DNA from: Mobula hypostoma
Taxonomy: Eukaryota
Direction: 5' to 3'
Length of the DNA stretch: 64,000 nucleotides
Assembly (NCBI RefSeq): GCF_963921235.1
Contig: NC_086108.1
Location: forward strand, 23,126,001 to 23,190,000
Shown here: positions 49,751 to 62,330 of the stretch, piece by piece
Numbering within the stretch: position 1 is the first letter of the stretch
Layout: every line of letters begins with the position of its first letter
Made by a program: the position numbers and the translations under genes
The notes under the pieces: generated by a model
Seen by the model: the letters and a program-made list of their open reading frames with translations, nothing else
What the model was told of the DNA's origin: nothing
Databases searched by the model: none

Positions 49751-50154
49751 TAACTCTCAACCAGGCTTAATAAAATGGACTATTTTATCATGCTGTTGAT
49801 AGAACTTTGCTACCATAAATTGGCTGCTGGGGTTCGTACATTCCAGTAGTGACTGCAAAATTATCTAATTGGTGCAAAGTACATGCAAAGCCTGAGGTTG
49901 TAGAAGATAATCTGTTAGTGCGTGTCTTTTGTTGTTTCCTTTCTGAATGGGATACATTATGCAAAGCAGACCACTTATGTGGTTTCTTTTCTCTTTATGT
50001 ATAATTCTTGCTTTGTGTTTCTGCTCAGTGCGAATTGGTGTCACATTCGCCTTAATGATGCTTGTGAAATCCCTCAGGTTGTTTATAAAGCAACTTGAGG
50101 GTTTTATCATGACAAAAAAGAACAGAAGGTGCAATTTAGCTATTACCACACAAC

Positions 50155-50443
50155 GAGGGTGCCACAGTAGCTCAGCGCTATTGGCATGGGAATTCAGAGT
50201 TCAATCCCAGCGGCCTCCGTGAAGAGTTTCTACATTCCCCTGTGGAATGCGTGGGTTTTCTCTGGGCGCTCTGCTTTCCTGCCACAGTCCAAACATGTAT
50301 TGGTTAGTAATTTAATTGTTCATTGGAAGTTGTCCCGTGACTAGGTTTGGATTAAACCAGAGGTTGTTGAGAGTAACTGGGCGGCATGGTGCAAAGGGCC
50401 AGCGATGCCTATTCCATGCTGTATCTCTAAATAAATAAATAAA
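50155..50443 (+). mobile_element. V-SINE (HE1-like)
   Basis: B-box-like GAGTTCAATCC, V-domain 'gcgtgggttttctctgggcgctctgctttcctgccacagtccaaac' and a (TAAA)n tail. Confidence 0.78.
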
Positions 50444-51884
50444 GATTCTTTGTAGTACTCCAAATGTGGTGAGTTGTTGTATGGTGAGAGATTAAGGAAA
50501 CAGAAATTTCATTTTCTAATTACAGGGGTTCCCAACCTGGAATGCATGGACTCCTTGCTTAATGGCACTGGTCCATGGCATAAAAATGGTTGTGAACCTC
50601 TGGTTTAGAAGAATGTGAGGAGAACTCATTGAAACTTGCAAAATTGTTTGACTGGCTGGATGTAGTGAGAATGTTTCCCCCGGCCAAGGTGTGGAGAGGG
50701 CCTGGGGCCGCAATCGCAGAAAAGTAGTAGGCCAGTCAGGACTGGGGTTCAAAATGCATCTTTGAAATTCTCTGCTCAAGAGGGATGGGGAGGGTCAACC
50801 ATTAAGTTCAATCAAAACAGAGATTGATACATTTCTGGACATCGAGGGAATCAAGAATTGTATAGGAAAGTGGCACTAAGTCAAAGCTCAGCCATGACCT
50901 ATGGCGGTGTAGCTTGAAGAACCAAATGGCTGACCACTGTTCCTATTTTTATGTACTAGTTGTACATCAACCTTGAAAGCCCTTTATGGAATTAGCTGTG
51001 TATGAACTACAAGCAATTGCTTGTGCATAACTTGTGTTTTGGGTGAGATGTTGATCATGGTATTTGGTGTTGCAATGCCAGGAGTCCCTGAGGGGTCTTG
51101 TGTCAGAGGTAGTTGCAGTTATTATTGGAGGTGGTGATAGTAGTTGTGTCTGATGGGGTAAAATACAATTTGCTTAGAAATAGGTTGTGAAGTGTTCTGA
51201 GATGTTTTGCAGGACTCCAGCATCTAAATGCAGGATATATATTGTAGAGATGTAATTTGGATGCAGCGGAATTAAGAACATAAAAAAAGAGGCGGTGGTA
51301 GACCATTTAACGCTGATATATTACCTCGGTGGCACTTTCCTGCACCACCCTTATCTCCTGTGATTCCCGTAATATCTAAACTATTGATCTTTGTCTTGAA
51401 TATTCTAAGTGACTGAGCCTCTTCACTGCACTGGGGTATATTATTCCAAATATTCGCCACCCACTGGGTGAATAAACTTGTTATCTCAGTTCTGAATGGC
51501 CAATCCTTATTATGAGAATGAGATCCATGTTATAGACATCAGGCCTAGGAGAAACATCATTCCTGCATCTACCCTGTCAAACTCTGAGAATTTTGTCCCA
51601 TATCTTATTATTTGAAGTTACTGAGTGAAGACAATGGTTTTAAAAAAAGTTTATAGATGTGGGGCAAAAATTAGTCAGAAATGCACGTTATAAGTCCATC
51701 TTCCATTCAATGTTGCACTAACAGTGTACTTATTTCAGTATTGACCAGGTTAATCACCTAACTGACTAGCTCTGTCTGCCTGCACCTCTGCATTCTCAGA
51801 ATTATAAGTTTTAGGTTGGAAACTCTTCATCAGAACTTCTCAGTAGATTTCACTAACCCCTCAGGTTCGGGTCTTCCCTGTTTT

Positions 51885-54800
51885 ATAGACAATAGGTGCA
51901 GGAGTAGACCATTCGGCCCTTTGAGCCAGCACCACTATTCACTGTGAATATGGCTGATCATCCACAACCAGTACCCTGTTCCTGCCTTCTCCCCATATCA
52001 CTTAACTCCACTATCTTTAAGAGCTCTATCTAACTGTTTCTTGAAAGCATCCAGAGAATTGGCCTCCATTGCCTTCTGAGGCAGAGCATTCCATTGATCC
52101 ACAACTCTTTGGGTGAAAAAGTTTTTCCTCAACTCCGTTCTAAATGGCCTACCCCTTATTCTTAAACTGTGGCCTCTGGTTCTGGACTCCCCCAACATCG
52201 GGAACATGTTTCCTGCCTCTAGCGTATCCAATCCCTTAATAACCTTGTATGTTTCAATCAGATCCCCTCTCACCCTTCTAAATTCCAGTGTATACAAGCC
52301 CAGTTGCTCCAATCTTCCAATATATGACAGTCCTGCCATGCCAGGAATTAACCTCGTGAACCTACGCTGCACTCCCTCAATAGCTAGAATGTCCTTCCTC
52401 AAATTTGGAGACCAAAACTGCACACAGTACTCCAGGTGGGGTCTCACCAGGGCCCTCTACAACTGCAGAAGGACCTCTTTGCTCCTATACTCAACTCCCC
52501 TTGTTATGAAGGCCAGCATGCCATTAGCTTTCTTCACTACCTGCTGTACCTGCATGCTTACTTTCAGTGACTGATTAACAAGTACACCTAGATCTCATTT
52601 TACTTCTCCTTTTCCTAACTTGACACCATTCAGCTAGTAATCTGCCTTCCTGTTCTTGCCACCAAAGTGGATAACCTCACGTTTACCTACATTAAATGGC
52701 ATCTGCGCACTCACCCAGCCTGTCCAAGTCACCCTGCATTCTCATAACATCCTCCTCACATTTCACACTGCCACCCAGCTTTGGGTCATCTGCAAATTTG
52801 CCAATGTTACTTTTAATCCCTTCATCTAAATCATTAATGTATATTGTAAATAGCTGCGGTCCCAGCACCGAGCCTTGCGGTACCCCACTAGTCACTGCCT
52901 GCCATTCTGAAAAGGACCCGTTAATCCCTACTCCTTGTTTCCTGCCTGCCAACCAATTTTCTAGCCATGTCAGTACCCTACCCCCAATACCATGTGCTCC
53001 AATTTTGCCCACTAATCTCCTACGTGGGACCTTATCAAAGGCTTTCCGAAAGTCCACTACATCCACTGGTCCATTTTCATAGTTACATCCTCAAAAAATT
53101 CCAGAAGATTAGTCAAGCATGATTTCCCCTTCATAAATCAATGCTGACTCGGACCGATCCTGTTACTGCTATCCAAATGTGCCACAATTTCATCTCTTAT
53201 AATTGTCTCCAGAATCTTCCCCACCACTGATGTCAGGCTAACTGATCTATAATTCCCAGATTCTCTCTCCCTCCTTTCTTAAAAAGTGGGATAACCTTAG
53301 CTACCCTCCAATCCACAGGAACTGATCCTGAATCTATAGAACATTGGAAAATGATTACCAGTGCGTCCACGATTTCTAGAACCACCTCCTTAAGTACCCT
53401 GGGATGCAGACCATCAGGCCCTGGGGATTTATCAGTCTTCAGTCCTATCAGTCTATCCAAAACCATTTTCTGCCTTATGTGAATTTCCTTCAGTTCCTCC
53501 GTTACCCTAGGTCCTCTGGCCACTATTACATCTGGGAGATTGTTTGTGTCTTCCCTAGTGAAGACAGATCCAAAGTACCTGTTCAATTCGTCTACCATTT
53601 CTTTGATCCCCATAATAAATTCACCTGTTTGTCTTTAAGGGCCCAACTTTGTTCCTAACTGATTTTTTCCTCTTCACATACCTAAAGAAGCTTTTACTAT
53701 CCTCCGTTATATTCTTGGCTAGCTTACCTTCGTATCTCTTTTAGTTATTCGGACTCTGGATCTGATGAGCTCAGCTCCACAAATACTGCCTTCCCTGAGA
53801 ACTGTTTCCAGCAGTTACTGTTTTGTTTTCAGATTCACATTATCTGTAGCTTTTGTTATTCAAATAACTTAAGGTACAAAGGCCAATCGTACTACTTAAC
53901 AAAACTGGTATTATTGCCCACTCCTTGATGCATAAAGATTCATCTTCCATTCAGGATTTAGAATCCAGGTTTGCTTTTACGCTCCAGAATAAGGTAGTAT
54001 TTGAAAACTGAAATAAGCTGGATACTATTTAACCAAGCAAGGCATTACCAAGTATGATTTTTTAGTTATCTTTTGTTGCTCTTTAAAAGTTTCCCAATCC
54101 TCTGGCTTCCTGCTCATCTTTGTTATGTTATACTGCATCTCTTTTATTTTTATACTATCCTTGACTTCCCTTGTCAGCCACGGTCGCCCCTTACTCCCCT
54201 TAGAATCTTTCTTCCTCTTTGGAGTGAACTGATCCTGCACCTTCTGTATTATTCCCAGAAATACCTGCCATTGTTGTTTCACTGTCATCCCTGCTAAGGT
54301 ATCTTTCCAGTCAACTTTGGTCAGCTCCTCCCTCATGGCTCCATGACACTTCCGATCTTCCCTTCTCCCTCTCAAAATGTAGATTAAAACTTATCATATT
54401 ATGGTCACTACCTCCTAATGGCTCCTTTACCTCGAGTTCTCTTATCAAATCCGGTTCATTACACAACACTAGATCAAGAATTGCGTTCTCTGTGGTAGGC
54501 TCCAGTACAAGCTGCTCTAAGAATCCATCTCGGAGGCACTCCACAAACTCCCTTTCTTGGGGTCCAGTACCAGCCTGATTTTCCCAGTCTACCTGCATGT
54601 TGAAATCCCCCATAACAACCGTAGCATTACCTTTGTGACATGCCAATTTTAACTCTTGATTCAACTTGCACCCTATATCCAGGCTACTGTTTGGGGGCCT
54701 GTAGATAACTGCCATTAGGGACTTTTTGCCCTTACAATTTCTCAGTTCTATCCATACTGACTCTACATCTCCTGATTCTACGTCACCCCTCGCAAGGGAC

Positions 54801-55700
54801 TGAATTTCATTCCTCACCAACAGAGCCACTCCACCTCCTCTGCCCACCTGTCTGTCCTTTTGATAGAACGTATACCTTGAATATTCATTTCCCAACCCTG
54901 GTCCTCTTGCAGCCATGTCTCTGTTATTCCTACAACATCATACTTGCCGATTTCCAACTGAACCTCAAGCTCATCCACTTTGTTTCTTATACTTCGTGCA
55001 TTCATATATAATACTTTTAATCCTTTACTCCCCTCACCTTTCACATCGATTTCTATTGCACTTGGCCATACTCTCCAATCCCTTCCTGAGCTTTCTGCCC
55101 CATTAATTCTGTTGTCTTTCTTAACTTTCCTTATTCTCTCTTTCCCTTTAACTGCATCCTTATGTTTCCGGTTCGTCTCCTCCCCCCCGCCCCACTACTT
55201 AGTTTAAACACACCTGTGTTGCAGTGGCAAACCTGCCTGCCAGAATGCTGGTCCCCCGCCTGTTAAAGTGCAACCCGTCCCTTTTGTACAATTCATCCTT
55301 ACCCCAAAACAGATCCCGGAGGTCTAAGAATCTAAATCTCTGCTTCCCGCACCAGCTCTTCAGCCACACATTCAGATCCCCTATCTCCCTGTTCCTGCCC
55401 TCACCAGCACGAGGAACTGGAAGCAAACTGGAGATAACCACCCTGCAGGTCCTGCTTTTCTGCCTTCTTCCGAGTTCCCTGAAGTCACGCTGCAGAATTT
55501 CTTTCCTCTTTTTCCCGATGTCATTTGTGCTGACATGCACCACCACTTCCGGCTGTTCACCTTCACTCTTGAGGATGCCCTGCAATAGGTCCGTGACGTC
55601 CTGGATCCTGGCACCAGGGAAGCAACACGCCATCCTTAAATCTTGCCTGTTGCCACAGAAACCCCTTTCTGTACCTCTCACTATGTTTTCCTCACCTAAA
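51885..55700 (-). mobile_element. CR1-like LINE: ORF1 esterase part plus broken ORF2, with a ~320-bp internal insertion
   Basis: ORF 55199-55711 is SGNH-like ('VVVHVSTND..RDGLHFN'). APE lies at 54311-55044, RT at 52692-53613 ('KFADDPKLGG') and the C-terminus at 51998-52447. Unrelated sequence occupies ~53750-54055. Confidence 0.92.
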
Positions 55701-56664
55701 GTGAACTGCAAATGAACTTAATTCATTTTCTTAGATGCTGCCTGACCTGCTGAGTTCCTCCAGCATTTTGTGTGCGTTTGTTGCCCTGGATTTCCAATGT
55801 CTGCTGAATCTTCTGTGTTCCAAACTAATCTGCTTTGTGCTTTTAAAAAGTGTACAGGAATTTTTAGAAGCATTGATCCTGAATCTCATTGTTTGGCATC
55901 CCAGAGAGATCATCTGGTTAAACAATAAACAGTCAAGCCATACGAATCATAAGCTTAGTTCATTTGTTCTGCAAGAAAAAAAATTGGAGATAGTAATGTT
56001 AAAAGGCAGGACTATGCAAAACAGTTTGTGGTAAATAGACAAGAAGCTTCTGGATTCATTCTCACTAAACATTCCAAAGTTTTTACCTTTGACATTGATG
56101 GAGTGTTCAATTCTGTTTTTGTAAGTGACAAAAAAGAATTAAATTGTGGTTATTTTGGGGATTTTGCCAATGTTCAAAAGGGAATTGATGTCTGTAGTGC
56201 CAAGCCATATATACTGAAGGATTGCTGGTTCAATTTCTGTTTTGTACTGTGTTATTTTATTTGAACTCACATGCTGATCCAGTCCCTGAGCTTGAGAATA
56301 AGGTCCACGTAAGATCGGCCATGTATTTCTTACAAGTGTCCAGACATCAGAAAATCTTTATTGGACTTGAAACAGAGAGATGTCCTGAGATGATGAAATA
56401 TGCTGTGTAAATGCAAACTGCTATCTTCACTCCTTGGCGACAGAGGAAAATGGATGCATATCAGTGTCTTCTGCCATGCTGCCTAGTTACCTTGTGACCA
56501 ATTGAAAATCCAGATGTGGGTAATTATGACTTTAACTAGATTGTGCGCAATCATTTGGTGTGTGGTTTCAGCACTCATTAATGCAGTTTGAGAATTGACA
56601 CCATCATCTTTTGTGAGGTAAAGAGCTGTGAGTGCTTTGTTACTTCAGTTATTGCTTACTGGTG

Positions 56665-59600
56665 ATAGAACATAGAACATAGAATAGTACAGCACAGTAC
56701 AGGGCCTTCGGCCCACAATGTTGTGCCGACCCTCAAACCCTGCCTCCTACATAACCCCCCACCTTAAATTCCTCCATATACCTGTCTAGTAGTCTCTTAA
56801 ACTTCACTCGTGTATCTGCCTCCACCACTGACTCAGGCAGTGCATTTCACACACCAACCACTCTCTGAGTAAAAAACCTTCCTCTAATATCCCCCGTGAA
56901 CTTCCCACCCCTTACCCTAAAGCCATGTCCTCTTGTATTGAGCAGTGGTGCCCTGGGGAAGAGGCGCTGGCTATCCACTCTATCTATTCCTCTTATTATC
57001 TTGTACACCTCTATCATGTCTCCTCTCATCCTCCTTCTCTCCAAAGAGTAAAGCCCTAGCTCCCTTAATCTCTGATCATAATGCATACTCTCTAAACCAG
57101 GCAGCATCCTGGTAAATCTCCTCTGTACCCTTATCAATGCTTCCACATCCTTCCTATAGTGAGGTGACCAGAACTGGACACAGTACGCCAAGTGTGGCCT
57201 AACCAGAGTTTTATAGAGCTGCATCATTACATCGCGACTCTTAAACTCTATCCCTCTACTTATGAAAGCTAACACCCCATAGGCTTTCTTAACTACCCTA
57301 TCCACCTGTGAGGCAACTTTCAGGGATCTGTGGACATGTACCCCGAGATCCCTCTGCTCCTCCACACTACCAAGTATCCTCCCATTTACTTTGTACTCTG
57401 CCTTGGAGTTTGTCCTTCCAAAGTGTACCACCTCACACTTCTCCAGGTTGAACTCCACCTGCCACTTCTCAGCCCACTTCTGCATCCTATCAATGTGTCT
57501 CTGAAATCTTTGACAATCGTCTACACTATCTACAATACCACCAACCTTTGTGTCGTTTGCAAACTTGCCAACCCACCCTTCTACCCCCACATCCAGGTCG
57601 TTAATAAAAATCATGAAAAGTAGAGGTCCCAGAACCGATCCTTGTGGGACACCACTAGTCGCAATCCTCCAATCTGAATGTACTCCCTCCACCGTGACCC
57701 TCTGCCTTCTGCAGGCAAGCCAATTCTGAATCCACCTGACCAAACTTCCCTGGATCCCATCCCTTCTAACTTTCTGAATAAGCCTACTGTTGAACCTTGT
57801 CAAATGCCTTACTAAAATCCATATAGATCACATCCACTGCACTACCCTCATCTAAATGCCTGGTCACCTCCTCAAAGAACTCTGTCAGGCTTGTTAGAAC
57901 GATCTGCCCTTCACAAAGCCATGCTGACTGTCCCTGATCAGACCATGATTCTCTAAATGCCCATCTCTAAGAATTTTTTCCAACAGTTTTCCCACGACAG
58001 ACTTAAGGCTCACTGGTTTATAATTACCTGGACTATCCCTACTACCTTTTTTGAACAAGGGGAAAACATTTGCCTCCCTCCAATCCTCCGGTACCATTCC
58101 CGTGGACAACGAGGACATAACGATCCTAGCCAGAGGCTCAGCAATCTCTTCTCTCGCCTCGTGGAGCAGCTTGGGGAATATTCCGTCAGGCCCCGGGGAC
58201 TTATCTGTCCTAATGTATTTTAACAACTCCAACACCTCCTCTCCCTTAATATCAACATGCTGCAGAACATCAACCTCACTCATATTGTCCTCACCATCAT
58301 CAAGTTCCCTCTGATTGGTGAATACCGAAGAGAAGTATTCATTGAGGACCTCACTCACTTCCACAGCCTCCAGGCACATCTTCCTACCTTTATCTCTAAT
58401 CGGTCCTACCTTCACTCCTGTCATCCTTTTGTTCTTCACATAATTGAAGAATGCCTTGGGGTTTTTCTTTACCCTACTCGCCAAGGCCTTCTCATGCCCC
58501 CTTCTTGCTCTTCTCAGCCCCTTCTTAAGCTCCTTTCTTGCTTCCCTGTATTCCTGAATAGACCCATCTGATCCTTGCTTCCTAAACCTCATGTATGCTG
58601 CCTTCTTCCACCTGACCAGATTTTCCACCTCACTTGTCACCCATGGTTCCTTCACCCTACCATTCTTTATCTTCCTCACCGGGACAAATTTATCCCTAAC
58701 ATCCCGCAAGAGATCTCTAAACATCAACCACATGTCCATAGTACATTTCCCTGCAAAAACATCATCCCAATTCACACCCGCAAGTTCTAGCCTTATAGCC
58801 TCATAATTTGCTTTTCCCCAATTAAAAATTCTCCTGTCATCTCTGATTCTATCCTTTTCCATGATAATGCTAAAGACCAGGGAGCGGTGGTCACTGTCCC
58901 CCAGATGCTCACCCACTGAGAGATCTGTAACCTGACCCAGTTCATTACCTAGTACTAGATCTAGTATGGCATTCCCCGTGGTCGGCCTGTCCACATACTG
59001 TGACAGGAATCCGTCCTGGACACACTTAACAAACTCTGCCCCATCTAAACCCTTGGAACTAATCAGGTGCCAATCAATATTAGGGAAGTTAAAGTCATCC
59101 ATGATAACAACCCTGTTATTTTTGCACCTTTCCAAAATCTGCCTCCCAATCTGCTCCTCTGTATCTCTGCTGCTACCAGGAGGCCTATAGAATACCCCCA
59201 ATAGAGTAACTGCTCCCTTCCTGTTCCTGACTTCCACCCATATTGACTCAGAGGATCCTACTACATTACCCACCCTTTCTGTAGCTGTAATAGTATCCTT
59301 GACCAGTAATGCCACCCCTCCTCCCCTTTTTCCGCCCTCTCTATCCCTTTTAAAGCACTGAAATCCAGGAATATTGAGAATCCATTCCTGCTCTGGTGCC
59401 AGCCAAGTCTCTGTAATGGCCACTACATCATAATTCCATTTACGTATCCAAGCTCTCAGTTCATCTCCTTTGTTCCTGATGCTTCTTGCATTGAGGTACA
59501 CACATTTCAGCCCTTCTCCCTTACTGTCTTTACACCGTTTATTCTGCTTCTCTTTCCTCAAAGCCTCTCTGTATGTTAGATCTGATTTTACTCCATGCAC

Positions 59601-60960
59601 TTCTTTCACTGCTCTGTCGCTCTGGGTCCCATCCCCCTCGCAAATTAGTTTAAACCCTCCTGAACCACGCTAGCAAACCTACCTGCAAGGATATTGCTCT
59701 CCCTCGAGTTCAGGTGCAACCCATCCAATCTGTACAGGTCCCACCTTCCCCAGAAGAGATCCCAATGATCTAAAAATCTAAAACCCTGCTCCCTGCACCA
59801 GCTCCTCAGCCACGCATTCAACTGCCATCTCCTGCAATTCTGACCATCACTGTCACGTAGCACTGGCAGCAATCCTGAGAACGCCACCCTTGAGGTCCTG
59901 TTCTTCAGCCTTCTGCCTGGTTCCCGAAACTCACACTTCAGGACCTCATCCCTCTTCCTGCCTAAGTCGTTGGTCCCAACATGTATCACGACTTCTGGTT
60001 GCTTTCCCTCTCGTACCCGGATGTCGTGCACCTGGTCAGAGACATCCTGGACCCTGGCACCCGGGAGGCAACAAACCATGTGGGTGCCCTTCTCTCGTCC
60101 ACAAAATTTCCTGTCTGCTCCCCTGACTATAGAGTCTCCAATGACGACAGCTCTCCTCTTCTCCGTCCCACCCTTCTGCACCACTGGGGTCAGACTCAGT
60201 GCCGGAGGCCCTGCCACCGTGGCTCACACCTGGTCGGTCATCCCCGCCAACAGTATCCAGGACGTTAAACTTATTATTCAGGGGAATGGCTACAGGGGTG
60301 CTCTGCACTACCTGTCTGCTCACCTTCGCTTCCCCCGCTCTGACTGTCACCCAACGACCTGCTTCCGACAGCCTAGGTGTGACTACCTCCCTGTAGCTCT
60401 CATCTATGACTGCCTCATTCTCCCTTATGAGTCAAAGGTCATCCAGCTGCTGCTCCAGATTCCTTACATGGTCTTCCAGATCGCCCAGCCGTATGCACCT
60501 CTGGCAGATGTGACTCTGCGGGAGAGGGGAGTTCCCCCAAGACTGCGACATCTCACATGAGAGGCACATCACCGTCTCAGGAGACATTGTAAAAACTAAC
60601 TGCGAGCAATCTTGTCCTCTGTCTCTTCTCGTTGAAGCCTCTCGAGTCAAAGCCTCAAAGCTCCACTCCTTCACTGGTTGCTTTCCACTGGCCGCTTTGC
60701 TTGAGCTATCCCTCTATTTATCTGTTTGAGCTTTTCAAAATGTTTGGTCACCTGACCTTGACTGCCCAATCAGCTGCTTTCTGCTGAGTCTGAGCTATTC
60801 AAATCTTGATTGTCTAATCAACGGCTTTCTGCTGATCTATTCAAATCTTGATTGACCTGATTGCACAGACCAACTGCCAAAACTGCGAGAATCTCTCGAG
60901 TCAAAGCCTCAAAGCTCCAGTCCTTCACTGGCCCACTCACGCACTGGCCGCTTTCCACTG
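56665..60960 (-). mobile_element. Essentially full-length CR1-like LINE (ORF1 Zn-finger + SGNH esterase; ORF2 APE-RT), inactivated
   Basis: ORF1 starts at ATG 60587 ('CLSCEM..ICQRC', coiled coil, 'VIGDSIVRG', 'HVGTND', 'DGLHLN'), has a stop at 60432 and a frameshift, and ends at 59645. ORF2 spans 59609-57894 and 57803-56847, with the catalytic FADD changed to FAND. The 3' tail (TTCTATG)n is at 56665-56684 and a duplicated 5' UTR segment lies at ~60640-60690 and ~60893-60960. Confidence 0.95.
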
Positions 60961-61469
60961 ATCTGCTGAAGCAGTGTGTTACGCAGGGAAAGTGCAATGT
61001 ACAATGGAAACACTGCACACAGAGTCGTTGCATCTGACCTACAGAAATAAGCGAGACAGCTCCAGTGTGGCCATGTCATGGCTTCTGTGTGGCTTTTGAA
61101 GACCTGGGGAGTGGGGGAAGGACAGAGATGTATTAGTTCACCAGGGTGATGGTGGAAGCAGACAAATAGTGATGTTCAAGAGTCATTTAGACAGGCACAT
61201 GAACATACTGGGAATGAAGGGATGTGGATACAGTGCAGGCAGATGGGATTAGTTGAATTTAGCATCATGGTAAGCACAGGCATGTGAGCTGAAGGGTCTG
61301 TTTCTGTGCTGTATTTTATATTCACACATTCATAGTTAATGCCCTGTTAGCTAAACCCAGGAGCTTCTTTCCCAGTGAACCTTGCAAACTCACTGGAGTT
61401 TAGCTCTGTGATCAGTTAGTCCTGTCTCCGTCCACGCAGACTAGGTTGTGCAGAGAGATGCACTACTAC

Positions 61470-61815
61470 CGTTCGTTCATTCTGTGCCATGTCATATGAT
61501 GTGGACGATCGTGGTCTGTCCATAACCATGATTATTCTTGGCAAATTTTTCTACAGAAGTGGTTTGCCACTGCCTTCTTTACAAGATAGGTGACCCGAGC
61601 CATTATCAATACTCTCAAGAGATTGTCTGGTGTCAGTGGTTGCATTATCAGGATGTGATATGCACCAACTGCTCATAAGACCATTCACCATGTGTTCCCA
61701 TGGCTTCACATGATCCTGATCGGGGGGCTAAGCAGGTGCTACACCTTGCCCAAGGGTGACGTGAAGGCTAGCAGAGGGAATGAGTGCCTTCCACCTCCTT
61801 TGATAGAGACTATCT
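61470..61815 (-). mobile_element. RTE-related non-autonomous element/SINE
   Basis: The reverse complement contains 'gaaggcagtggcaaaccacttctgtagaaaaatttgccaagaataatcatgg', resembling the RTE/BovB-type 'GAAGG.AATGGCAAACCACT' end motif, and ends in (GAAC)n. Confidence 0.55.
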
Positions 61816-62164
61816 TCACACCCCCACCCCATAGATATAAATCAATGAAATAGTCGCTTCTTCCTCCTTCTGTTAACACCAGCACATCACCTCATCCACA
61901 TCCCATTATATTCCTGTTGCAGATGTATCCAGAAGAGGTGGTGAAATCTGACTGGGGAAGAAAAAAGTAAGAGTGAACTGCGAATGGGGACCTGGTTCAC
62001 TGCAGAACAGGGAATATATATCCTTACTAATCTAATGGAATCATAGAGCCATACAGCACTGACACAGACACTTCAGCTCATTCCGAACCTGACAACCATC
62101 AAGCTCCCAGTTGACCCTACCTCCACAATACCCTAAAATTTCTCCCAAATTATATCACTCACCG

Positions 62165-62330
62165 ACACAGTTTGGACTGTGGGAGGAAACCAGTGCACCT
62201 GGGGCGGGGTGGGGGAAACACTTGAGGTGACAGTCGGAAAGTGCAAACCCCACTCAGACAGCACTAGAGATTGGGTTTGAACCTAAGGAACTGCAGCTGT
62301 GGAGCAACAGTCCTACCAACTCTATGGCCG
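62165..62330 (-). mobile_element. V-SINE (HE1-like) whose 5' end abuts the 33-bp minisatellite
   Basis: The reverse complement has B-box GGTTCAAACC, 'ggggtttgcactttcc' and V-domain 'aggtgcactggtttcctcccacagtccaaac'. Confidence 0.7.

Noticed and set aside
50523..50602. Tiny hAT/Charlie-like MITE (CAGGGGTTCCCAACC..GGTTGTGAACCTCTG; similar relic at ~48440-48505)
   Set aside because: TIR-like ends are visible but there is no matching 8-bp TSD, and it is too short and decayed to call confidently.
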